Positions 49,301-57,887 of a stretch of DNA of 64,000 bases are shown piece by piece. The notes below the pieces were generated by a model. It saw only the letters and a program-made list of their open reading frames with translations. It was not told the DNA's origin and made no database searches. Both the position numbers and the translations under genes were made by a program. Location of the stretch: the NCBI GenBank assembly GCA_963797855.1, contig CAWCQX010000009.1, forward strand, positions 52,162 to 116,161, read 5' to 3'. Origin of the DNA: an uncultured Chloroflexia bacterium. GTDB taxonomy: Bacteria > Chloroflexota > Limnocylindria > QHBO01. How positions within the stretch are numbered: position 1 is the stretch's first letter; each line of letters begins with the position of its first letter.

Positions 49301-49860
49301 GGTCGGCGTGTTCGGCGATCGTGCAGGGCATGCAGGACCTCGTCGCCGGGCGGGACGCCGACGCGTTCGCGCGTGGCATGCACGCCGCGGAGGCGAGCGT
49401 CACGGTCATCGGCGTGGCGACGTCGCTCGCCGGGCATGCGGCGGCCTGGCGCGGCGACCTCGACGACGCCCGCCGTGCGCACGAGGCGCTCGAAGCGGGC
49501 GGCGTCCATGGCCCGGCGCTCGAGGCGAGCCGGCGCACGATGCTCGCGGTCATCGCCGCGCTCGAGGGGCGGACCGGCGAGGCGGCGGGCGGATTCCGCG
49601 ATGCGGCTCGGCAGTGGCGCGACCTCGGCCTCTCATTCGACCTCGCCCTCTGTCACCTCGACCTGCTGGCAACCCTCGGCACCACGGGCAACGGGGCGAC
49701 CGCGGCCGCCGACGAGGCGAGGATGATCCTGCTGGAGCTCCAGGCCGAGCCGTTCCTGCGACGCCTCGAGGCGCTCGAGCAGCGAACCTCGCCCGCTCCC
49801 GACTGCGCTCGCGAAGGAGACCGTGCCGGCCGGACCGTCGGAGCAGCGCTCCTAGCGCGG
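46306..49860 (+). CDS. multidomain signalling protein: tandem zinc ribbons, class III adenylate/guanylate cyclase, AAA/STAND ATPase and TPR-like repeats (frameshifted at both ends)
   Basis: MSCPNCG...FCSHCGTRL...CAACG...FCGECG ribbons. Cyclase LVSVLFADLVGFTSL...KFIGDAVMAAFG. P-loop VSFVGVAGIGKTRL. Long alpha-helical repeat C-terminus. Confidence 0.7.
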
Positions 49861-49865
49861 ATCCC

Positions 49866-52746
49866 CTACGAGGCGAGGGCCGCGGCGACCTCTTCCTCCG
49901 CCTCCTCGCGCGCGACGTCGCCCGCCGACTTCGGCACGCGGCGCCACGTCCCGTCGTCGCGGAGGTATCGGTCCATCTGCTCCCAGTCCGCTCCGACCTT
50001 GAGGTCGACCTCCAGCGGCACGTCGAGCGGAAGCGCGCCCTCCATGACCTCCACGGCCAGGTCGGCCAGGGCGGGCAGCTCGGACTCATCGGTCTCGAAG
50101 ACGAGCTCGTCGTGGACCTGGAGGAGCATCCGCGACCGCATGCCTCGATCGCGGAGCGCGGCGTCCATCCGGACCATCGCGATCTTCATGCCGTCGGCTG
50201 CCGTTCCCTGGATCGGCATGTTGATCGCCATCCGCTCGCCGGCCGAGCGCAGCGCCCCGTTGCGAGCGGTGAGCTCCGGCAGATACCGGCGCCGTCCGAG
50301 GAGCGTCGTGACGAAGCCCTGGTCGCGGGCGAGGATCTTCATCTCGGTCGTGTAGCGGCGGATGCCCGGGTAGGCGGCGTAGTAGTCCTCGATGTAGCCG
50401 CGCGCCTCTTCGCGCGGGATCCGCAGCCGATCGGCGAGGCCGAAGTCGCTCAGCCCGTAGGCGATCCCGTAGTTGATCATCTTCGCCACGCTCCGCTCCT
50501 TCGGGCCGACCTGATCGGCCTCCAGGTGCAGGACGCGCGCGGCGGCGGCGAGATGGATGTCCGAGTGCGCCTCGAAGTCCGCCTTCAGGCCGGGATCGCC
50601 GGAGACGTGGGCGAGGATGCGCAGCTCCTGCTGCGAGTAGTCGGCGCCGAGCAGCAGCTTCCCCTCGGGAGCCACGAACGCGCGCCGGATGCGGCGGCCG
50701 AGCGCCGTGCGGATCGGGATGTTCTGGAGGTTCGGATCGGTGCTCGAGAGGCGCCCGGTCGCGGCGATCGCCTGCTGGTAGGTCGTGTGCAGCCGGCCCT
50801 CGCCATCCACCAGCGTCGGCAGCGCGTCGACGTAGGTCGACTTCAGCTTCGACACCTGGCGGTGCTCGAGGATCAGGTCGATCACCTCGTGCCGCTCGCG
50901 CAGCTCCTCCAGGACCGATGCGTCCGTCGAGCGGCTCGTCCGCGTGCGCTTCGTCGACGGAAGCTCGAGCTCGTCGAAGAGGACCGTCTCGAGCTGGCGA
51001 GGTGAGCCGATGTTGAACTCGTGCCCGACGAGCTCGTAGATCCGGGCCTCGAGTCCGGCGAGCGTCGCGGCGAACTCCTCGCGCATCGCCTCGAGCGCCT
51101 CGAGGTCGATCCGGATGCCGGCGAGCTCCATCCGCGCCAGGACCGGCAGGAGCGGCATCTCGACCTCGTCGAACAGGTTCGCGAGGCCGCCCTCGGTGAG
51201 CTCCCGCTCGAGGGCCGAGACCATGAACACCGACGTCACCGCTTCGGCTGCGGCCCGTCGGGCCATCGCGTTCTCCTCGGCACCGGTGTCGGCGCTCAAG
51301 CGGCCGATCCGGCAGCGTCGCCCCGAAGCGCGTGGCCGCCATGTCGTCGATCGTCTGCGACCGGAGCGCCGGGTTGACCATGTAGCCGGCGACGAGCGTG
51401 TCGAAGAACCGGCCCCGGAGCTCGATGCCACGGTCCGCCGCCAGCGTCACCACCAGCTGCTTCAGGTCGTGGCCGATGCGCCGCGGCTCCGGGCGGGCGA
51501 ACCACTCCGGCAGCCGCTCGATGGCGATGCTCGACGGGTCGCACGGCACGTACCAGCTCGACCCGTCCGCGCCCGCGAGCGCGATCCCGAAGAGGCGGCG
51601 TCCGAGCGGCCGGCCGGTGCCCACCGCCCAGCCAAGGCCGATCGCGTCGCCGTGCGCCTCGAGCCACGCCGACAGCTCGTCCATCTCCTCGGGGCTGCGG
51701 ACGATCCGCGGGTCCACGTGCTCGATCGCGCCGGCCGGATCCGAGAGCGGGTCGGGGCGAGGTCCGACCTCGGCGGTGGCATCCGGTGGCGCCTTGCCGC
51801 CGAGCAGGTCGAGGCTGAGCTGGAGGCCGCCCTTCGTGTCCTGCTCCGGCGAGTCGTAGCCGGTCGGGGCGATGCTCGACGCCGGCAGCCGGTCGATCAG
51901 CGACCGGAACTCGAGCTCGCGGAAGCGCTGCGCGACCGCCCGCCGGTCGTATCGGCCCGTGCGCGCCTCCTCCAGGCCGAGCTCGACGGGCAGGTCGATC
52001 ACGATGCGGCCGACCTCGCGCGACATGAACGCCGACTCGCGATGCTCGGTCAGCCGGTCGCGGAGCTTGCCCTTCACCTCGTCGAGATGCTCGTAGATGC
52101 CGTCGAGGGTGCCGAACTGCTGGAGGAGGCTGCTCGCGGTCTTCTCCCCCACCCCCGGCACCCCGGGGATGTTGTCCGAGGTGTCGCCCTTGAGCGCCTT
52201 GTAGTCGAGCATCTGGTCGGGGCGGAGGCCGTAGCGCTCCGTGACCCGCGCCTCGTCGTAGATCACCGTCGCCGCGACGCCCATCCGGGTCGTCAGCAGC
52301 CGCACGTGGTCGTCGACGAGCTGGAGCCCGTCGAGGTCGCCGGAGACGATCATCGTGTCGACGCCCGCGGCGGTGGCCTGCTTCGTGAGCGTGCCGATGA
52401 CGTCATCGGCCTCGTAGCCCGCGAGCTCGCGGATCGGGATGTTCATCATCGCCGCGATCTCGCGGACGATCGGGAACTGCGAGCGCAGGTCGTCCGGCAT
52501 GCTCGGCCGGCCGCGCTTGTAGTCGGGATACGCGTCGAACCGAAACTGCGGCTTGCCGACGTCGAACGACACGATCGCGTAGTCCGGCTTCACGTCCTGC
52601 ATGCCGCGCAGGACGATCTGGAGGAAGCCGAAGACGGCGTTCACGAGCGTGCCGTCGGAGAGCGTCAGCGGCGGCAGCGCGAAGTAGCCGCGGTACACCA
52701 GGCTCGGCCCGTCGATGAGCATGAGGAGAGGTCTTCGGTCGGGCAT
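49866..52746 (-). CDS. polA: DNA polymerase I (frameshifted)
   Basis: 5'-3' exonuclease N-terminus (MLIDGPSLVYRGYFAL), 3'-5' exo-like domain, polymerase motifs A/B/C in the C-terminal frame (...DYSQQELRILAH..., ...RRRAKMINYGIAYG... here RSVAKMINYGIAYG, ...QVHDELVFE...). Confidence 0.85.
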
Positions 52747-52802
52747 CGGAGCCTTCAGTCTAGACCGATGCCGGCCCCCGGGCCGCCGTAGAATCTGCCC
52801 GA

Positions 52803-53344
52803 TGCAGGTCCGTCGAACCGTCGATCCGTACGCGATCCTGGGCGTCTCCCGCGACGCGACGCCGCTCCAGGTGGCGCGCGCGCATCGGCAGCTCGCGAAG
52901 CGCCACCACCCCGATCTCCAGGGCGCCGATGCGGCCATCGCGGCCGCGGAGCAGATGCGCCTGATCAACGAGGCCTGGGCGATCCTCTCGAATCCCCACC
53001 GCCGCCGCGAGTTCGACCACGACTACCCGGTCGCCGGGACGCCGGCCGCGGCGACCTCGTCGAGCCACTGGGCGCCGAACCGCGCGCCGATCCGGCCGAT
53101 GCCCTCGGCCGCGACGACCCGGACGTGGGCATCGTGGCGCGCCACCGCCGCCGACACGCGCGCGGCGCCTCGCACCGTCCGTCAGCCCGGTGAGGTCCTG
53201 ATCCCGCGCACGCGACGTCCGCCACGGCCGGATCCCCTGCCGTCGACGTTCCGCGATTCGGGATGGGCCGCGCTGCTGGCCGGCGCGCTGATCGTGCTGC
53301 TGCTGCTCGGCGCCGTGGTGGCCGGGAGGGTGGCCGGGCTCTAG
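52803..53344 (+). CDS. J-domain (DnaJ-like) membrane protein
   Basis: J domain with HPD (DPYAILGVSRDATPLQVARAHRQLAKRHHPD). C-terminal TM helix (WAALLAGALIVLLLLGAVVAG). Confidence 0.6.
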
Positions 53345-53389
53345 AGGCTCAGCCGGCGCGAGGGGCGAGGATCCAGCGAAGGAGCGCGG

Positions 53390-54014
53390 CCGCGATCATG
53401 ATCGCGACGCCGGCGAAGAGGAGCATCGGCCAGAGCGGCCGATCGTCGGTGAGGCCGAATGCGCCGGCATCGCTGCCGCTGTTCGCCTCGGGCGCCGCGT
53501 CCTCATCGGACTGAAGCGGCTGCAACTCCGCGGGCTCCTCGGTCGCGCGCGGCGCCGCCCGCTGCGGCCTCGGGCGCGGCTAGTCGCTCGCCTTCCGTGG
53601 CGCTCGGCGTCGTCTCGCTGCGGCCGCGTCTGACGTCGCGGACTCGGAGCTCGACGGCGCGCCCGACGATGCACTCCGCCGAGGAGCGGGACCGTCGTCC
53701 CCACCAGTCCGACGAGCGCCAGCGCGGCTCCGGCGGTCAGCATCGGGGCGAAGAACCGGCGTGCCCAACCACCGACGCGATCGGCGCGCGCCGGCGCGTC
53801 GGCAACCGGCGGGAGCAGCTGGAGCGGGCGATGCGGCTGGAGGTCCGGCAGCTCGGCCAGCGAGGCGCGGAGCGCGCCGAGCTCGGCGACGGTATCGGTG
53901 CAGCGAATGCAGGAGGCGACGTGCTCGGACAGCGACGGCATCGGCGGCCGCCTCGGGGTCGCCCGAGGCCAGCGCCGAGAGTCGCTCGTCGTCGGGGTGG
54001 TTCGGAATCAGCAT
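53390..54014 (-). CDS. anti-sigma factor (membrane-spanning; frameshifted)
   Basis: Located immediately downstream of the ECF sigma gene. N-terminal HxxxCxxC-like segment (EHVASCIRCTDTVAELGALR) and a TM helix (MLTAGAALALVGLVG). Two frames. Confidence 0.5.
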
Positions 54015-54033
54015 GCCTTCGGTCCAGACGTGC

Positions 54034-54645
54034 TCATCGGATGAAGAGTTCCCGGTGCTCGGCGAGGAGCTCGCGGAGGCGAAGCCGCCCGCGGTGGATC
54101 CGCGACTTCACCGTGCCGAGGGCCGACTGGGTCATGGCGGCCACCTCGTTGTAGTCCATCCCGTAGACGTCGCACAGCACGATCGCGGTTCGCTGATCTT
54201 CCGGCAGCCGCGCAAGCGCCTGCTCGAGGTATCGGTACATCTCGGCCTTCGTCGCCTCGACGTCCGGGTTGACGGCGGCATGGTCCGGGAGCTCCGGCGC
54301 TCCCTCCTCGGGGTCCGGGAGCGGCCCCGCCGGTCGTCGCTGCTGGCGCCGCAGGATGTCGTAGCTCGCGTTGGCGGTGATGCGCAGCAGCCACGATCGG
54401 AAGATCCCGCCGCGATAGGAGCCGATGGCCCGATAGGCGTGGATGAACGCGTCCTGCGTCGCATCGGCCGCCTGGTCGGGGTCTCCGAGGAGGCGCCACG
54501 CGAGGCCGTAGCACGCGCTCTGGTAGTGCTCCATCAGCTGCGCGAACGACGTTCGGTCACCGTCCGCGGCCCGTGCGATGACAGCCGCTTCGTCGGGAAG
54601 CGGCTGCGTACGGGTGCCAGTGGTCGGCGCCGGGAGGTCGGCCAT
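54034..54645 (-). CDS. ECF (sigma-70 family) RNA polymerase sigma factor
   Basis: Intact. Region 2 (FAQLMEHYQSACYGLAWRLLGDPDQAADATQDAFIHAY) and region 4 HTH (YNEVAAMTQSALGTVKSRIHRGRLRL). Confidence 0.85.
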   Translation of the reverse strand: MADLPAPTTGTRTQPLPDEAAVIARAADGDRTSFAQLMEHYQSACYGLAWRLLGDPDQAADATQDAFIHAYRAIGSYRGGIFRSWLLRITANASYDILRRQQRRPAGPLPDPEEGAPELPDHAAVNPDVEATKAEMYRYLEQALARLPEDQRTAIVLCDVYGMDYNEVAAMTQSALGTVKSRIHRGRLRLRELLAEHRELFIR

Positions 54646-54661
54646 CGGCTTCCTATAATGA

Positions 54662-54748
54662 CGGCTGCCCTCGCCGGGGTGGCGGAATCGGTAGACGCTT
54701 CGGTCTCAAACACCGATGAGCGCAAGCTCGTGTGGGTTCGAGTCCCAC
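54662..54748 (+). tRNA. tRNA-Leu (anticodon CAA)
   Basis: Class-II tRNA GCCGGGGTGGCGGAATCGGTAGACGC...TCGGT-CTCAAAC-ACCGA... long variable arm ...GGGTTCGAGTCCC...CCA. Confidence 0.85.
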
Positions 54749-54851
54749 CCCCGGCACCAGCTCAATAGCTCAGCCTGAGCACGAATCTGCCCCCTCATGG
54801 TGGGAATTCTTCCGACAACATGCGTTCGATAGTTACAAATGACAGCCGGGC

Positions 54852-54909
54852 GGCCATTACCCGCCTCCTGGGCTAGCAGGGAGGATCGGTGCGTCGGGAC
54901 AGCGGCGGC
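54852..54909 (+). repeat. repeat element copy 1 (long form: GGCCATTACCCGCCTC...GCTAGCAGGGAGGATCGGTGCGTCGGGACAGCGGCGGC)
   Basis: About 90% identical over about 50 nt to the copy at 56851-56896. Core shared with four further copies. Contains SD-like AGGGAGGA plus GTG. Confidence 0.7.
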
Positions 54910-54928
54910 TTCAGTATCCTCAGGGATC

Positions 54929-55387
54929 ATGGGCGTCGACCACCGCCGGCTGATTGACCGGCTGACCGCGGCACTTAGCCGAAGCGACTGGCCAATTCTT
55001 TCCGAGGTCTTCGCACCGGATGCGCTGATGGAGTTCCCTCAGTCCGGCGAGGCGTTCGAGGGCATCGACAACATCCGAGGCCAGTTCGCCGACTACCCGG
55101 ACATGTTCGACAACCCCGTCAGCACGCTTGACATCGCGGCCGAGGAACAGACATTTGCGCTCTCCCCGAACTACACGGTGATCTCCGTCGGTGGCAGCGG
55201 CAAGAGTGCGACCGCCACCATGCGCACGCGCTACCCGGATGGGTCGCTGTGGTGGGTGCTCGTCGTCTATGACACGGACGGCGAACTCATGAGCCGAGCC
55301 AAGGTCTATTTCGCGCCCGAGTTCGAGCCGGCGGAGTGGCGATCGAAGTATCGGGCTCCGTCCAACAGGGACGGTGCGTCGGGATAG
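54929..55387 (+). CDS. SnoaL-like / NTF2-fold protein
   Basis: MGVDHRRLIDRLTAALSRSDWPILSEVFAPDALMEFPQSGEAFEGIDNIRGQF... about 150 aa, typical SnoaL_2-like polyketide-cyclase fold proteins. Stop TAG lies inside repeat copy 2. Confidence 0.55.
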   Translation: MGVDHRRLIDRLTAALSRSDWPILSEVFAPDALMEFPQSGEAFEGIDNIRGQFADYPDMFDNPVSTLDIAAEEQTFALSPNYTVISVGGSGKSATATMRTRYPDGSLWWVLVVYDTDGELMSRAKVYFAPEFEPAEWRSKYRAPSNRDGASG

Positions 55388-55394
55388 CGGCGGC
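55370..55394 (+). repeat. repeat element copy 2 (core only: GACGGTGCGTCGGGATAGCGGCGGC)
   Basis: Core motif without the SD-like part. Sits in the convergent gap between 54929-55387 and 55402-55581. Confidence 0.65.
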
Positions 55395-55401
55395 CCGCTG
55401 C

Positions 55402-55581
55402 CTAGCTCTCGCTGATCACCGTGATGACGGACTCATCACGGCGCCACTCGTGGTCGGCTCCACAGCCGGCACAGCCGTTCAGGACGTTGACCGCGGGCAG
55501 CTCGTCCAGCACATCCGCTGTGACCCCGGTTGGCACCAAGTCACCGGTCTGCGGGCACGTGATCAACACTACCGACCTCAC
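55402..55581 (-). CDS. small CPxCG-type zinc-ribbon-like protein (59 aa)
   Basis: GTG start preceded by AGGGGAGG SD at 8-nt spacing. MRSVVLITCPQTGDLVPTG...NGCAGCGADHEW. Low GC3 codons (gta, ttg, aca, cca) atypical for this genome. Confidence 0.45.
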   Translation of the reverse strand: MRSVVLITCPQTGDLVPTGVTADVLDELPAVNVLNGCAGCGADHEWRRDESVITVISES

Positions 55582-55924
55582 CTTGCGGCCCTCCCCTATC
55601 CCCGGTATCGGCGGCGCAGTCGATGTATCGGAGAAGCCTCGGGCCGACATCTCTCCGGGCAGGGAGTCATCCGACCGAGGCCCCCGCCCATGCTGTATGC
55701 AACCGCCATGCCGATGGCACGCTCGGTGCACTGGTACAGCAGAGCCGCCGGACAGACTGCGGGGGAACGCAGTTGAACCGGCGGCTCTTCCCTAACTCTA
55801 CTGCTGCGGTCCACGAAGACAGGAGACCCGTGGCGTGAGGCTGCCCTCGAGCGGAAGCTCGAACTCACGGCACGGGTCTGCGAGTAACAACGCAAGGGCT
55901 TGCTCGGCGTTAGGCACGGAGCTG

Positions 55925-55958
55925 GCAGGGAGGATCGGTGCGTCGGGATAGCGGCGGC
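55925..55958 (+). repeat. repeat element copy 3 (GCAGGGAGGATCGGTGCGTCGGGATAGCGGCGGC)
   Basis: SD-like plus GTG plus core. A 19-codon uORF (VRRDSGGLCVAALAGKRNL) follows it. Confidence 0.7.
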
Positions 55959-56070
55959 TTGTGTGTGGCTGCTCTTGCTGGCAAGCGTAACCTTTGAAGG
56001 CCGCCAGACATTCCGGCGGTGCCACCCGCTGTCGTGGCTAACGGGTCCCCGAGCAAGGAGGGATGTCCCC

Positions 56071-56244
56071 GTGCGTCCACTTCATTTGAGAGCGGCGATG
56101 GTGGTCGCCATCCTCTCCATTCTGGCCCTCGCCACGCCCGCGCTGGCGCAGAAGGGCTTCTCATTCAAGTTCACGCAAACTGGAACAGCGGCATCCGCCT
56201 CGTTTGGTTCGTGCATCCCCGACACGCCCGAAGAGGGCTCTTGA
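56071..56244 (+). CDS. small secreted protein with Sec signal peptide (57 aa), possibly the 5' part of a larger frameshifted secreted protein
   Basis: GTG preceded by AAGGAGGG SD. Signal peptide MRPLHLRAAMVVAILSILALATPALA then QKGFSFKFTQTGTAASASFGSCIPDTPEEGS. Confidence 0.5.
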   Translation: MRPLHLRAAMVVAILSILALATPALAQKGFSFKFTQTGTAASASFGSCIPDTPEEGS

Positions 56245-56372
56245 GACCTGCGACTTCACCTTTGTCAGTGTGGTCGATGGTTCCACGCGCTTCTCCTCCT
56301 CTGACGAGGGGGTCACCCGGGCAGCGGTTCCCAGGCGTGTGTCGACCATCAGGTCTCGATCCAGAGTGATGA

Positions 56373-56822
56373 TTCTTCGAGTTGGTGAGCCTGCAGAGCG
56401 GATGCACCGACACGTTCACCTTGGCGACTGCAGCCGACCTGTCGAGCGCCCATCTGGTGGCCACGGTGCCGGTGTTCGACCTTGAGTGCGATGAGTTCAC
56501 CTGCGAGCCAGTGGGCGACCCGACCGACACGGCGGTGGACATCACCTGGTCAGCGGATGAAGTCCAGACCGTGCGCGAGCACGGGGTCTTCCACTCTCTT
56601 CAGGGCGACCTGTGGTGCACCAGCAATCAAACCCGTCGCGGGCTGGGTGCGTTCGGCACAGCGACTGGCACTGTCGGCGGTGTTGATGTCGGAACCGCCG
56701 AGTTCGCCGAGATCTTCTCCGGTGTCATGAAGTTCAATGACAATCTGCCACTAAGCGGGGTGCCATCTGGCGGCTTGGAGGCGCTAAGGACGCGCAAGCC
56801 GCCAGTAATCGACCCGGAGTAG
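56373..56822 (+). CDS. hypothetical Cys-containing protein (no own SD/signal peptide; probable continuation of 56071-56244 through two frameshifts)
   Basis: Open frame from the stop at 56370 to 56822. Repeated C-x-(D/T)-F-T motifs shared with the signal-peptide ORF and the intervening frame (CDFTFVSVVDGSTRF). Confidence 0.4.
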   Translation, partial: FFELVSLQSGCTDTFTLATAADLSSAHLVATVPVFDLECDEFTCEPVGDPTDTAVDITWSADEVQTVREHGVFHSLQGDLWCTSNQTRRGLGAFGTATGTVGGVDVGTAEFAEIFSGVMKFNDNLPLSGVPSGGLEALRTRKPPVIDPE

Positions 56823-56850
56823 CCTCTGGCATCGAGCCGCCGCGAATCCC

Positions 56851-56896
56851 GGCCATTACCCGCCTCAGCTAGCAGGGAGGATCGGTGCGTCGGGAC
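56851..56896 (+). repeat. repeat element copy 4 (long form, 3' part diverged)
   Basis: GGCCATTACCCGCCTCAGCTAGCAGGGAGGATCGGTGCGTCGGGA then diverges (CGCTGCGCC). Confidence 0.65.
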
Positions 56897-56975
56897 GCTG
56901 CGCCGGGTACGAACCGAAGTTCATACCCGGCGCGAGACTGGAAGGGCTGCAGCAGCCATGCCATGTGCAGCGTTC

Positions 56976-57001
56976 GATCGGTGCGTCGGGATAGCGGCGG
57001 C
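56976..57001 (+). repeat. repeat element copy 5 (core GATCGGTGCGTCGGGATAGCGGCGGC)
   Basis: Exact core. 95 nt downstream of copy 4 and in the same reading frame. A 43-codon uORF spans both. Confidence 0.7.
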
Positions 57002-57240
57002 TCTCTGTGACCCGCTCGGTTGGAGTCCGGCCGATGAGAGTTCTCTGGCACGAACGTTTGTCCGGTGTCAACGGATGTGGCGCTCCGGGCTTGACCTCTC
57101 CCAGTGCCCAGGAGTAGTACTCACCGCACCCGAGTGCCCTTCTCCGCTGCCCGCGTTCACGGCGACCCGGGTTCAGCGCGCGCCGCGAACGGTGCGCACA
57201 GCGCCGTCGCTGTCACGACGGCAGAACGAAGGAGCACTAC

Positions 57241-57594
57241 GTGCCTCGATCCCATTCCTGGAAGTCGCGGTTCGGCTTTGCCGTCGCGACCGCCGCTCTT
57301 GTGGCAAGCCTCACCGCGGGAGCTGCGCTGGCCGGCGAGGTCACGGGGCCGCCCGGCAAGGGTGGCCTTACGCCGATCGGCGCTGCGCCTGATACCGATC
57401 CGCATGCGCACTCGATCTGCTCGTTCTCTGGTCTTGGTGACGGAGAGGATGCGCCCGGCCGGACGGCCGCCCACGTCCAGAACTGGGGACAGATCCCGAA
57501 GGTGCAGCGAGACGCGATGAGCCTTATCGGCTTCCATCCCGGCGACTCGTGCAACGGCCATTCCGGATTCTTCTCCGGGGCCGGCGGGGAGTAG
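57241..57594 (+). CDS. hypothetical secreted protein (117 aa) with Sec signal peptide
   Basis: GTG preceded by GAAGGAG SD. Signal peptide MPRSHSWKSRFGFAVATAALVASLTAGAALA. Mature part Gly/Pro-rich with two Cys. Confidence 0.5.
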   Translation: MPRSHSWKSRFGFAVATAALVASLTAGAALAGEVTGPPGKGGLTPIGAAPDTDPHAHSICSFSGLGDGEDAPGRTAAHVQNWGQIPKVQRDAMSLIGFHPGDSCNGHSGFFSGAGGE

Positions 57595-57656
57595 TCCCCG
57601 GCGCACTGTCCCGGATTCCCGGGCGCAGTCGAGAGCCGCCGCGAAACCCGTCAGCC

Positions 57657-57681
57657 ATCGATGCGTCGGGCTAGCGGCGGC
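57657..57681 (+). repeat. repeat element copy 6 (variant core ATCGATGCGTCGGGCTAGCGGCGGC)
   Basis: ATG instead of GTG, GCT instead of GAT. Starts a 77-codon ORF (57661-57894) of doubtful coding value. Confidence 0.6.
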
Positions 57682-57887
57682 TTCTCAACCTTCGAAGACC
57701 CGGGGCACGCTCGAGCTGGTTCGCCAGCGGTCAGGACCCCTGAGCGGCGTCGACGTTTTCGGTCTGGGGCTCCAGGCGCCGGACCACGATCGTTTCGTGG
57801 CGCTCACGCTCGGCTGGATCGGGAATCCATCGGCGCTCGAACGGCTTCACTCGCAGCGCCAGCCAGGCGCGAATTCGACGGCGCATG

